A DNA stretch of 54,348 nucleotides, the filler included, from Sphacelaria rigidula (Eukaryota), in assembly GCA_964200075.2 (NCBI GenBank). It is 5 parts of 5 records of this genome, joined end to end, with 100 filler letters (N's around TTAATTAATTAA, not from the genome) between each part and the next. Parts side by side here need not be neighbours in the genome. Positions count along the whole stretch, not along the records: positions 21,782 to 32,571 come from CAXNAA020005907.1; positions 32,672 to 43,460 come from CAXNAA020005908.1; 3 more parts are not named here. One strand, given 5' to 3'. Below, one piece after another: positions 25,499 to 35,810 of the stretch (positions within the stretch are counted from its first letter, which is position 1; every line of letters begins with the position of its first letter). The notes under the pieces are model-generated. The model did not search any database. It saw nothing but the letters and a program-made list of their open reading frames with translations, and was not told the origin of the DNA. Both the position numbers and the translations under genes were made by a program.

Positions 25499-25567
25499 CT
25501 ATCACGAGACCACGGCGGGACCCCTGGGGGGTCAGTTGAAGTGCGGCAATCAATCAAAAATCAAAAG
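25499..25567 (+). mobile_element. LINE/SINE 3' tail with stem-loop and (ATCAA)n end
   Basis: CTATCACGAGACCACGGCGGGACCCCTGGGGGGTCAGTTGAAGTGCGGCAATCAATCAAAAATCAAAA. A second copy lies on the minus strand at 30714-30785. Confidence 0.6.
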
Positions 25568-26397
25568 ACCGACTCTCACTCAATTGTCAGAGTTAGAATT
25601 TGAAATTTGGAATAGAAACTCGCCAGGGTATCAGAAGAACATAACTTCTGGGGGCATTGAGAACTTCGTTATTTCATCACTTGAGGGCAGACCAAACGTC
25701 CATTTTTCACTATAACGACGCTAAGTCATGAACCTAAACTTCATGTCCCAGAGATAAGTTTCTGATGTTCTCACGATTGTTCATATAAAGTTGCACAGTC
25801 CTACTCTCGAAAATGTGAGAATGCCAGATTCACAGCCCGGGTCGGTCGAGAACTGAAACATAATTTGGAAGGCCAGTTATTAGCCCCGTTTCGACATCTT
25901 TGCCTCGAACGTTTGTGTGGAGAATCGCTGCGGCAGAATTACAACAAAACAGTGACACAGGGACTATTGTTTTGTTGCATGAGCTAGGGACACTTCAGTG
26001 TAGTATGGACCAGCTTTTGACGACGACGTCCCTAACTTACCATGAAAAATGAAGGCCAAGGTTTGTCTGTTTTGTTTTTACTGTACCTCTGCGAGTCTCC
26101 ATAGAACATCTCGAAGAATGATTCGATAACCTGGGCTGAAAAACTGAGAAGTGTTGTTTCTTATGGGTCGCGTTTGTGTGGGGTGGTATTTTTCATTTGT
26201 GGGCCGTGGACATGGTTCTTGATCCCTAAACAGGGAATATCGCCACTACGCGTCTTGAACACTTTGCATCGACCCGATAAAGGAGTTTAGCCTACTTTTC
26301 ATATTCGCCTGGCTCCCAGGTTTCCAGAATGGTCTTCGAAAAAAACACGGCTTGTAAACATATGGTACCTGCAGGTATTTTTCAGACGGAGGTGAGA

Positions 26398-26698
26398 GTA
26401 CCGATCGTTTGCCCGTGCTCCAGGGAATGTTCGACTGAAATATCGTCATCACCCGCTGCACGTATCGTTCGGGGTTTCGTGTAGGTTTGTGTGTGGACCC
26501 TTTCTCCGTATGGAATACAGAGCACCCGACAGGGCATTGTATTAACGAGAACAACCGGCCCGGCTTTTTTCAGCAAGTTGGCATCTTCCCTAGATTAGAC
26601 GACTAACAAGATGTGCGCATCACGGCCCAAGCCGTGTATGTCGATGAGATATAGCTGTGAGAGCTTCAATCCGTCATTAGGCTAACCCATCTCGAGTA
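26398..26698. mobile_element. Family D right-end fragment
   Basis: GATCGTTTGCCCGTGCTCCAGGGAATGTTC...TAGACGA...GTCGATGAGATAT...AGGCTAACCCATCTCG matches 49580-49879. Confidence 0.65.
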
Positions 26699-27554
26699 TG
26701 GTTTCGACGGAAACAGCTGTGGCGAGACCTGAAACGCCTCAGCGGAACCGTTCCCAGGTGAATGTTGTGCTATTAGTATCACCCTACGCCGTTTGTAGAA
26801 GTGTCGGCAATATTCTAGTGCGACAACGACTACGACTTACGACCTATCACTGGGGATCTGTTATTTCCTCCAGAATATTGAAGGACATATTGTCCTGGCG
26901 GAGCGGAGAATTGGAACAAAAACTAGACACTGACTTCTGCAGACTGTGGCCACCATTTTTACCCAGGTCAGAGAATAAATGTAGTGAGCGGAACAACGCG
27001 TAGTAGGTACTCACCGCTGGTTGATGCATCGCGGGTCTGCGCGTCTGCTCGGTGGACTCTGTGAGTTTTTATCTCCAGGGTGAGTGGGGTTGGTTTACTC
27101 CACGGATAGAGGCTGTAATCCTGTTCCCTGGTATAATGAAAAGCTGAGGGTCAATACGTGAATAACTGAAGCTGCGGAAGTCCATGTGCCTATGGCGGGA
27201 GAGATAAACACAGTTGTCTGGTCTTGAGTGCGGAGCTCTACATTTCGAATGAAGAGAATCACGGCGACAACATCTATCTGCTGTCATCGTTCCGGTGCAC
27301 ACTTGGTCTACATGGCAAGATATACTGCGACAACGCCGACCCGCACCATAGAGGCACGGTTCATGCATCCGTAACGGCGGGGAAAGGTTCAGCAGAGCCG
27401 CGCCGGCGGAAGAAGGCATCTGAAGCTCCATTGGTCCGGTCCAGCTCCTTCCTACCGGGTGTTTTTCGTCGCACGAAAATAGGAGCAGTGTCCCGAGACC
27501 GTGGGTAAACGGTCGTGCAGCCACCACAGCACGTGAGGAAGACGCAGCAACTAA

Positions 27555-27963
27555 CACGGGATCTTACAAATTGGGGGTGGGATACCCGGAGAATTCAAAT
27601 CCTCGTATCCACACCAAATCTTCGAAATATGGTTCCATTTTTTCACCTCCCGATAGCAATTGACAACTGCTACATGCCACAGAGATTTGGATTTCGACCA
27701 CCGAAATAAATGCTGGGGTCTCAGGTGAAAAACCAATTTCGGAACCATTTTGGCGTCCGTTCGGACACCCGGAATTCCCAAAAAATGGTTTTTTAGTTAG
27801 GACCTCAACGTTTCGGATATCGAAGTCCAAAATTTCCATGACGTGTAGCAGTTGTCAATTGCTGTCGGTAGGTGAAGAAATGGGACCATATTTCGAAGAT
27901 TTGGTGTGGATACGAAGATTTTAATTCTCCGGGTTTCTCATCCCCAATTTGTAAGATCCCGTC
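27555..27963. mobile_element. Foldback MITE family C (~410 bp, long TIRs), copy 1
   Basis: CACGGGATCTTACAAATTGGGG ... CCCCAATTTGTAAGATCCCGTC. The arms are complementary over roughly 170 bp. Flanks are TAA and TTA. Confidence 0.85.
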
Positions 27964-29027
27964 TTAACTCCGATACGCACCGTCGGAACACGGTAAAGTG
28001 CAACGACAGATTGATAAGTAAAGACGCATCGTCAGATACGCGGTGGCGTGGAACGGAGGTACTCGCTTCCGGCAATTCATGTTTTTGAGCGTCTGTATTG
28101 CAACGGCATGATTTCTCATCATATACCAGATTGCATTCACAGGAGGTTTTACACACAAAAGCTCCCGAAGTTCATTATTGGAATGGCACGAATGAAGCCG
28201 CCCTACTGTACTGTGTTGTGTCATGGCTGTCGCTGGTGTTCATGAGCTGCAGTGGTGAGCCTACACACACGTCGTCACATATATCGCGCTTGACAGGGTA
28301 GCATGTGAAGTCGGCACGTGAAGACTGTGTTGGCCATGACTTCGAATACAACGGTGAACTTTGGTGCAAGGTGGCGAATCTCTTCACACGTGCGTAGACA
28401 GCGTCCTATAAACCGCCTCGACAAGCTTTTGCGACTCGTGTGTGCGGTTTCGCGGCGTGGGTGAGCTGCACAGAGTGTGAGGAGGACTCTGTACAACCAT
28501 TCTTGCGTAACGGTAAGCCCGCGAAAGTACTTTGCGCAAAAATCACAGAAGAAGAAAGGGAATGCCGCTCCCGCACGAAAGAGGAACTCACGAGGAGTAA
28601 TGGGAATGACTCTCTGCTTTAAAACTACCGACCCATATTTGCTACGACGCAAGTTTTTCAGTCATTCCAACGTATCGTGGAAGCTAATCTCGAGCACGGG
28701 GTATAAATATCCAGCGGGGGTCCCTGCGGAGTATGGTGGATCGCAGGCTCGGCATGATCGCAATATGCTGGGCCTCTGCACTAAATTAGTATAGTACAGC
28801 TACTTGTACTAGTATAACGGATCGAACTTGTAACGGGTAAATCTGACTTCACCGTGATGGAACTCCGACTGTACGAATGCAATGTAAAGCTGTCGACCGA
28901 TGAGACAGGGCCATTCGATATCTTTCAGAAAAGTATTTGCGCATTTCCATGGGGTATCATAATGACCAAAGCCACCCGTACAGTAACTGCCTTACACTTG
29001 GTCGTGAAAAAAAAATATGTGACCACA

Positions 29028-30425
29028 CCCGCCAATCTCACGACGGTATGCAGGCTGGCGTGGGCGTAGACGACGGGGAGCTCTCGGATTGGTTCAAGGT
29101 CACTCAGGGACTGCGGCAGGGATGTGTGATATCTCCGCTGCTGTTAAATGCTACGTTCGCTCGAGATAGTTCTCGTCCGATTCAGCGAGTGCGACATCAT
29201 CTTCAAGGATCTGGTATATTTCGACGAGGAGATGGTGAGGGGGACTGAAACATCTTTGGAACGCGAACGGAGAGCGGTGTGGGGAATGCTATATGCCTCT
29301 GACACGGCCGTCGTCTCGAGGTCCCCAGACGGCTTGGCGAGGATGATAACCGCTGTAGTTTGCATGTTTGGGGCCTCCGGACGAACGATGTCGGAGAAGA
29401 CAGAATCTTTGCTGCTGCGAGTTCCGAAAACAATGCCACAGAAGGGGGTGTACTCATGATCATGCATGCCATAGTCATAAGACCATTGAACCTCGCCACA
29501 GAAGGGGGGGGGCACCAATATCACCTCCCCCGCCATTGGTCATCGAAGCAGCGGGCCAGACGTACGCACAAACCACGAGGTTGCGATACTTGGGTGGGCT
29601 CGTCAACGAACATGGCGACCTCACACAAGATATCAACAACCGGAGAAGTGTCGCGTGGGTATGCATCAGAGAGTTTTCCCGGGAGCTCTTTGACCGACCG
29701 AAAGCTGTCGGCGCCACGAAGGGCTCTGCAGCCGACAACCGACAGGTATTCGGGGTCGGAAGTGCCCTGTAACCCTCAGCAGCGGAGGAGGAGAGGAGGA
29801 TACCCGTGGCACGCGGGGGTTCTGCAAGGAGCGGAGAGGTTCATGACCTCTTGGCAAAAGAACGAGGAGACCAGTCGAATACTGAAGCACGAACGGGATA
29901 TTCGAAGAGAGCAGCGAGAACATGGAAGAATGCGTAGCCAGCTTGTACCGAAATGAACATGGCGGAAGTGGCAGGACTCCCCATCATCTCCCCTTGTCTT
30001 TTTTTTGCTAGTAATTGCTGACTTCCGTGCACTTCCCGCGAGAGTGTGTGTTGTTATGTGGTGCTTTTTATGTGATGCGTGACATATTCGTACAAATCCC
30101 TGCCCCTCCAGAGGTACAAAAATAGCACCCTGCGATTTTTATTGCTGTGGTCGATGATCTTGGTCCATGAGTTTGGCTGGTTTCCCGTTCGGCTTCGCGT
30201 GCGAAGTGGACTAATGGGCATTGCCTCCAGTAGCCCCAATGGTCGCATACGGCATCGGAGCGTAAGAAGTTAGCAGTATGTTTCCCCTTCTTTGTTTTTA
30301 GTACTGTAATAGTCCTATCCGTTCGCTTCTTCTTGTCCCGCGTCTGTGTAAACGTTTTCCGAGTCCGATTTCATTTATTTCATTTCATTTCACCCTTTTT
30401 TGAGATAGTTAGCCTGTGACCACGG
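29028..30425 (+). mobile_element. Degenerate non-LTR retrotransposon (LINE, RTE-like) reverse transcriptase fragment with probable 3' UTR
   Basis: Frameshifted RT motifs spread over three ORFs: HDGMQAGVGVDDGELSDWFKVTQGLRQGCVISPLL; VWGMLYASD, a decayed YADD; and EAAGQTYAQTTRLRYLGG...DINNR. The 5' end is truncated. The 3' boundary is approximate. Confidence 0.88.
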
Positions 30426-30489
30426 AAGGCGTCCGCGTCAGATGCCCAGCCAGTACTGCGCATTTATCGGAACGGTTTCAAATTTGAAC

Positions 30490-30497
30490 ACAGCAGC

Positions 30498-30546
<49 letters not shown>
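30490..30546. repeat. (CAG)(CAA)n microsatellite
   Basis: Direct reading. It is the source of the spurious poly-Cys ORF. Confidence 0.95.
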
Positions 30547-30713
30547 CCAAGGGCGTGCCGGTATGGCGTAGTATGGAATAGTACCAAGTGTCCGTGTGAA
30601 TAGGCTACATGCAACACCGAACACAGCCCGAAACACGTGAGGGGTTAGCGGCTGGGAAACAAAAGTCACGGTCAGGTGATAGGAAATATAAGACACCCAC
30701 ACATGTAACCCGC

Positions 30714-30785
30714 ATTTGATTTGATTTGATTTGATTGTCGCACTTTAATTGACCCCCCAGGGGTTCAGCCGTGGTCTCGTGATAG
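30714..30785 (-). mobile_element. LINE/SINE 3' tail, second copy
   Basis: Reverse complement of 25499-25567, ending in several ATCAA units. Confidence 0.6.
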
Positions 30786-31604
30786 ACGTAGTCAAGAAAA
30801 ACGGAATTCAAACACGCTCTAAGGAAAACAAAAAAAAGGAACAGAAAACAAAAGGAACAGGAACATTTTTACGTTGCTTACTGTTGATGACCGGGATTGC
30901 ACGCACAAACTGACTGCATCAATTACACTCACTGTACATTACGGTGGTCACCAAGAGCAGCGCACGCTGTGTGCTCAGCAAGCGCGAGACCGAACAAGGT
31001 GTAACATATACCGTGATGCACAACAGCACTGATAGTTGGGCGGGCGGCGTTGCGTTGCGTTGGTCGCGTTCACTGTTCCAGCCTGCGCTGTGTTCATATC
31101 ACGAAGCAAGCGAGGACAAAAAACATCCTTTTTCATGCCTCATTAATAATCTACACGTACGTCAGAGCACTTTCATCAGCTTCGTCTGCGCTTTACCTCT
31201 CTAACGAACCTAACCATAGGATGATCATCAACGTTGAAATACCCAAACGATGAAACGCCCATAAGGACCTTTACTTGTGACACAGAGGAAGTATGTTCGA
31301 GACAGATACCTTCACATATGTCATCACACAAGTCCTGAAATAAACAGACAACTGGTCGTGTGTTGTGCCCAGATGTTTTGACGTGAACCGGTATTCCGCG
31401 TGTGCTCGGCAGATACGTCCAACAGGGAACAGATGTTTCATGTGTCGTATGAAGGATGTCATCATACAGTGTACATTTGGACACTTTTTTTTACAGTCAG
31501 TACAGGCGGTAGTAGTACAGCCTACCGTCTGCAGCTGCGCACAATGTCTGTACAGGAGAGTAACCTGTACATAGCAGGGTGTGTGAAAGCGACAGTTGAC
31601 ATGC

Positions 31605-31638
<34 letters not shown>

Positions 31639-32403
31639 AGGTTGGAAGGCACTGCCCAGTATGGTGGGGCTATCACGACGGACGACACGCATCCCAAGAG
31701 TCGCGGTTGTATACAATAAAGAAAACACTCGAGATGCTGAATAAAGAGTGTGCCCATACTGATATTTTGAGATGTTGTCGCCGTGACGATTGACATGTCG
31801 AGAAGGACCAGCCATGCATCCCATCATTGTTTAAAGGATCCTGCTGTCGACAAGTGCCAAGCGGTGAGACGCCGCAAGTCCCTCTGCATTGTCATAAGAT
31901 GCCTCTGCACGGGGCAATCGCCAAAAACCGGTGTTCGGCCTACATTTTCGCCAAAAACCGGTAAACCAGAAAATCCACTTCAGAAACGTAACGAATGCTG
32001 CCGCCTGATTGACCAAATCACGCCACCAACGGATTCTGGCGGAAGGCGCGCGCAGTGTACATGTTCGTGACAACTCAATTTGGCTTTGCCCGTTTTTTTG
32101 GCGGAGAGTTTACGGGCTGTTGACGATCGACGTGCCTGACCGCAAGTTCCCGGCCAGCCCCAAAACATGCACACTCCACCACACACTTTAGTTACCTTTT
32201 GGCGACTAGCCGCTAAATATCGAGAGTTCTGTTTCGGTTGGGCCTGGAATTGTCTACCGTCTGTTGTTGATGTATATATTGGTCTACACCCGCCAAGTCG
32301 TTACCCACAACAGGGGGCCTCGGCCACACGCTCGGCAGTTCTCTCAAGCTGAGGGATCGCTGTCGCCGCCTGCATGTGCACTGTGGTTCGGCGCGTGTGT
32401 TGT

Positions 32404-32571
32404 ACGAGCTGGGCCAGCCGAGAAGCGATTCTGCAGTTTGCAGGCCCATTATACGACCAACACTTGGAGCTAGACCCTGAAATTTGGTATGGACAATGAG
32501 TAGGGCATAATAAAAAAAATTACTGGCGTACACAAGGTTTTTTTTCCCTGAGTTAGGGGCATTTTACCGAT
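32404..32571. mobile_element. Family D left end, cut by scaffold end
   Basis: TA|CGAGCTGGGCCAGCC...GAAATTTGGTATGGAC...TGAGTTAGGGGCA. Confidence 0.7.
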
Positions 32572-32671
32572 NNNNNNNNNNNNNNNNNNNNNNNNNNNNN
32601 NNNNNNNNNNNNNNNTTAATTAATTAANNNNNNNNNNNNNNNNNNNNNNNNNNNNNNNNNNNNNNNNNNNN
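32572..32671. other. Artificial 100-bp contig spacer
   Basis: Same linker. Confidence 0.98.
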
Positions 32672-33641
32672 TTCGCGTTGGCGACAGGCAAGAAGAGACG
32701 ACGGAATCTCTCCGCACGTCGATGCTCTGGCACATGAAAATTCCGGCAGATGCTAGTAAGATCAATGATGCCAGTCTCTCGAGAGTTTGGCAGTCGCTGA
32801 GCGGGGACACACAAAGGGCACGGGCGAGGAGCTTCCTCTCTGTCGTTGCTTCTCTCTCTGGTGATATCGTCATCGACACGTGTGTACACCGCATTCGCCA
32901 GGCGCACCTAGCCACAGCTGCTCAACCGCTGCGGATATTTGGGGGGAAAGATGGCTTCTCTCGATCGCAAGTGTTTCGCGTCTTCCCTGCAAGAGAGAAG
33001 TGCCACTTCAACCCCATTCTAGAGATCAAACCCAAAAATTAGGATCCGCTGTTCGTTGGAGATTGACCGTTCTCTGCTAGCTCTATTGGCGTGGTCTGAG
33101 GTTCTGAAACGTTCGAGTCAACATACATATCGGCGGTCGGCCCTCAACAGGGATACGCGGGTGCCACCATTTTGCCTTGGCGTATCAAGTTTCAGAAGTA
33201 GTGGCCAGAGAGAGGGGAACGAATCTCTTGCCTTACTCCCAACAGCAATGACCACTCCTCCCCTCGCTGTCGTGAGCCAGGACAACTCAGCTGAGATGCC
33301 CCCCTCTCGCGGAGATGGCGCCCGTTGAAGTTGTAGGACACGCCAATTCACTGTAGGAAGCTGAACAATCAGGTTGCAGAATTTTGTTTTTCGGTAACCA
33401 TGAAGGACGGTCGAGTCAGATCATTTTGCACCGGGTGGAGAGGCCTGACTTCGCACGAACAGGGATGATCATACCACAGAGTATAAGAACAGCCATGCGC
33501 CCACGAGATAGTCACATAGTATGTACCCACCGTTGCATCCAGAAGTGACGCAATCCGAACAAACATGACGTCATTCAAATCCGTCTGTCATATACAAAAA
33601 CGCGCCCAGGATTTCAAACGCACTGAGTGGGATGCAGCTTA

Positions 33642-34078
33642 CACGGGATCTTACACATTGGGGATAGATCTTTTATTGGGGCTGAGAAACCGGAATAATT
33701 GAAATCTTCGTATCAACACCAAATCTTCGAAATATGGTTCCATTTCTTCACCTACTGATAGCTGTTGACAACTTCTACACGCTAAAGAAATTTGGATTTC
33801 GATCACCGGAATATTGGGGTCCTAGGTGAAGAAGCAATTTCGGGGAGTTTCGGGTGTCCGAACGGACGCCGAAATGGCTCCGAACTTTTGTTCTCACCTA
33901 GGACCCCAAAAGTTCTGTGATCGAAATCCAAATTTCTATGGCGTGTAGCAGTTGTCAAAAGCTATAAGTAGGTGAAGAAATGGAACCATATCTCCATTTG
34001 GTGTGGATACGAAGATTTAATTTCTCCGGGCTTCTCATCCCCAATCAAAGATCCATCCCCAATTTGTAATATCCCGTG
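33642..34078. mobile_element. Foldback MITE family C, copy 2 (opposite orientation)
   Basis: TTA|CACGGGATCTTAC ... GTAATATCCCGTG|TTA. The central GGTGTCCGAACGGACGCC is the reverse complement of the centre of copy 1. Confidence 0.85.
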
Positions 34079-34303
34079 TTAGCTCACCCATCGTGCGAAT
34101 CTCGCCAAACACCCCGCGGCGCTCCGCGTGTGGTGCAACGCCTACTAATCTGACCCGGCGGAATGCTGGCGTGCCTCGTCCCGCCGTGGTAGGGGATGTG
34201 AGGTCAATGATCCAACGACTACGGTATGCATGATCATGAGCACACCCCCTCTCCTCGCTCTCGCCCGCCCCCTCACATCGCGTGGCGTCATCGATCGATA
34301 CAG

Positions 34304-34506
34304 GCATATCAATAGCTCTATTTATAGTGGTGCTTTTTTTTATTGCCCTGGTGATCGCGGATCTCATACGGGTGGTGGATGAAGACAATAATGACACGGC
34401 GTCCACATGGCAGAAAAGGCTCACTTATTGCCGAGACTGGATCGCCAACATTTTTCCGCTGACGTCGATCAAGACCGTGGTGGTTGCATGGCAGATTGTG
34501 ACCCAG
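34304..34506 (+). CDS. Exon of large brown-algal membrane protein (polymorphic outer membrane protein/adhesin-like family), first TM segments
   Basis: Hydrophobic ISIALFIVVLFFIALVIADL...PLTSIKTVVVAWQIVTQ, ending at donor CAG|GTGAAC (34507). There is a likely acceptor GATACAG| at 34303 after a pyrimidine tract. The KxxxVAWQIxTQ|FxSVxNVxYP junction is a motif I recognise from this Ectocarpus family. Confidence 0.75.
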
Positions 34507-34769
34507 GTGAACGAGAGTATGGCGAAGAAATAGTTCGAGGACTATTTGTTTTGGAAAGGTCGCACTAGCTCACGACTCGTGCTCGTCATACTGCTTGTCT
34601 CAGACGCTACAGCACCGAACCTTGAAGTAATTCAAAGTACAAATCGTCCGGTCTGTTTCAGCATTTGTATCTGATATTCAACAGCGATTCGAATTTTGTC
34701 GAAATTCTCTGACTCGGGTATCGACCCTTCCCTTCGTTTCTCTTGGTCGTTCTAAATACCCCAAAACAG

Positions 34770-35810
34770 TTTTCTTCAGTGGTGAACGTGGCGTATCCCG
34801 ATGTGTACGAGAGATTTCTATCCACGCTGAACCTGGTGAACCTCAATCTCGGCTTCATCCTATCCGTCTCATGCATTGTCGACATCAATTTCTACGGCCG
34901 GCTTGTATTTGTCACAATCGGACCGCTGGTTGTTTTGGGAGTTCTGCGAGGGACGTACGCCGTGTCCATGACACGGAATCAGGACTCTGACGTGGGTATC
35001 CAAGCTGCCAAACACAAGCATATGTCGATCGCGCTCCTTCTCGCGTTCTTCATCTACTCTTCGGTGTCGTTCACCATATTTCAAACGTTCGTTTGCGAGA
35101 CACTGGACAATGGGGAAGAGTACCTGCGGGCAGACTACAGCCTCACCTGCTCGACAGGTATCCACACGGCGATGCAGGTGTACGCCGGTGTGATGATCTT
35201 CGTGTACCCAGCTGGTATCCCGGCTTTTTTCGGTTGGTGGCTCGTTTCCAACCGACACGACCTCGCGAAGGTTGAATCAACCGGCACCCCCCTCGACGCG
35301 CCAGACACGCTGGGCCATCTTCAGCCCATGCGGGATCTGTGGGCTCCTTACAAACCTCATCGTTACTATTACGAAGTAATTGAGTGCGGTCGCCGGATAG
35401 TGTTGACAGGGCTGGCCGTATTTCTGATGCCCGGCAGCTCGGCGCAGGTAGCGATTGAGGTGGTGCTCGCTGTTGTGTTCATCGTGGTATCCGAAAGTCT
35501 TTCGCCTTTTTCGGACCCCTTGGATACGTGGCTGTATCGTTGTGGTCAGTTGGTTGTTTTCTTCTCCATGTACCTGTGTCTGTTGTTGAAAGTCGATGCC
35601 TCGGACGAGGACAGTCAAAGCCAAGTGGTTTTTGCAAAGGTGCTAATCGCGGCGCATGTATGCATGGTTTTGATGGTAGTGGTCCAGGCCGTGCTCTCCT
35701 TGAGGAGGGGCCTTGTTTCCGTGCGGGACCAGCCGGTTGCTACACGGGTGGCCACTGGCGTGCCCGTAACCTCATATTTGGATGTTACAGACCTTGTGCA
35801 ACGTCTGTAA
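34770..35810 (+). CDS. Terminal exon of the same membrane protein (multi-pass C-terminal domain)
   Basis: Acceptor AAACAG| at 34769, phase 0. It encodes FSSVVNVAYPDVYERFL...FIYSSVSFTIFQTFVCETLDNGEEYLRADYSLTC...YPAGIP...LWAPYKPHRYYYEVIECGRRIVLTG, with several hydrophobic helices and a TAA stop at 35808-35810. The extracellular N-terminal exons are not visible on this scaffold. Confidence 0.85.
   Translation, partial: FSSVVNVAYPDVYERFLSTLNLVNLNLGFILSVSCIVDINFYGRLVFVTIGPLVVLGVLRGTYAVSMTRNQDSDVGIQAAKHKHMSIALLLAFFIYSSVSFTIFQTFVCETLDNGEEYLRADYSLTCSTGIHTAMQVYAGVMIFVYPAGIPAFFGWWLVSNRHDLAKVESTGTPLDAPDTLGHLQPMRDLWAPYKPHRYYYEVIECGRRIVLTGLAVFLMPGSSAQVAIEVVLAVVFIVVSESLSPFSDPLDTWLYRCGQLVVFFSMYLCLLLKVDASDEDSQSQVVFAKVLIAAHVCMVLMVVVQAVLSLRRGLVSVRDQPVATRVATGVPVTSYLDVTDLVQRL

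Noticed and set aside
30478..30702. Poly-cysteine protein
   Set aside because: It is a translation of the (CAA)n microsatellite.
21782..32571. Endogenous phaeovirus segment around the EsV-1-7 ORF
   Set aside because: There are no dense intronless viral ORFs or NCLDV core genes, and the flanks are host-type transposon relics.
4924..35810. KH protein, EsV-1-7 protein, RT and membrane protein as one functional cluster
   Set aside because: They lie on three artificially joined scaffolds. The RT shares a scaffold with the EsV-1-7 ORF but is a dead LINE fragment.
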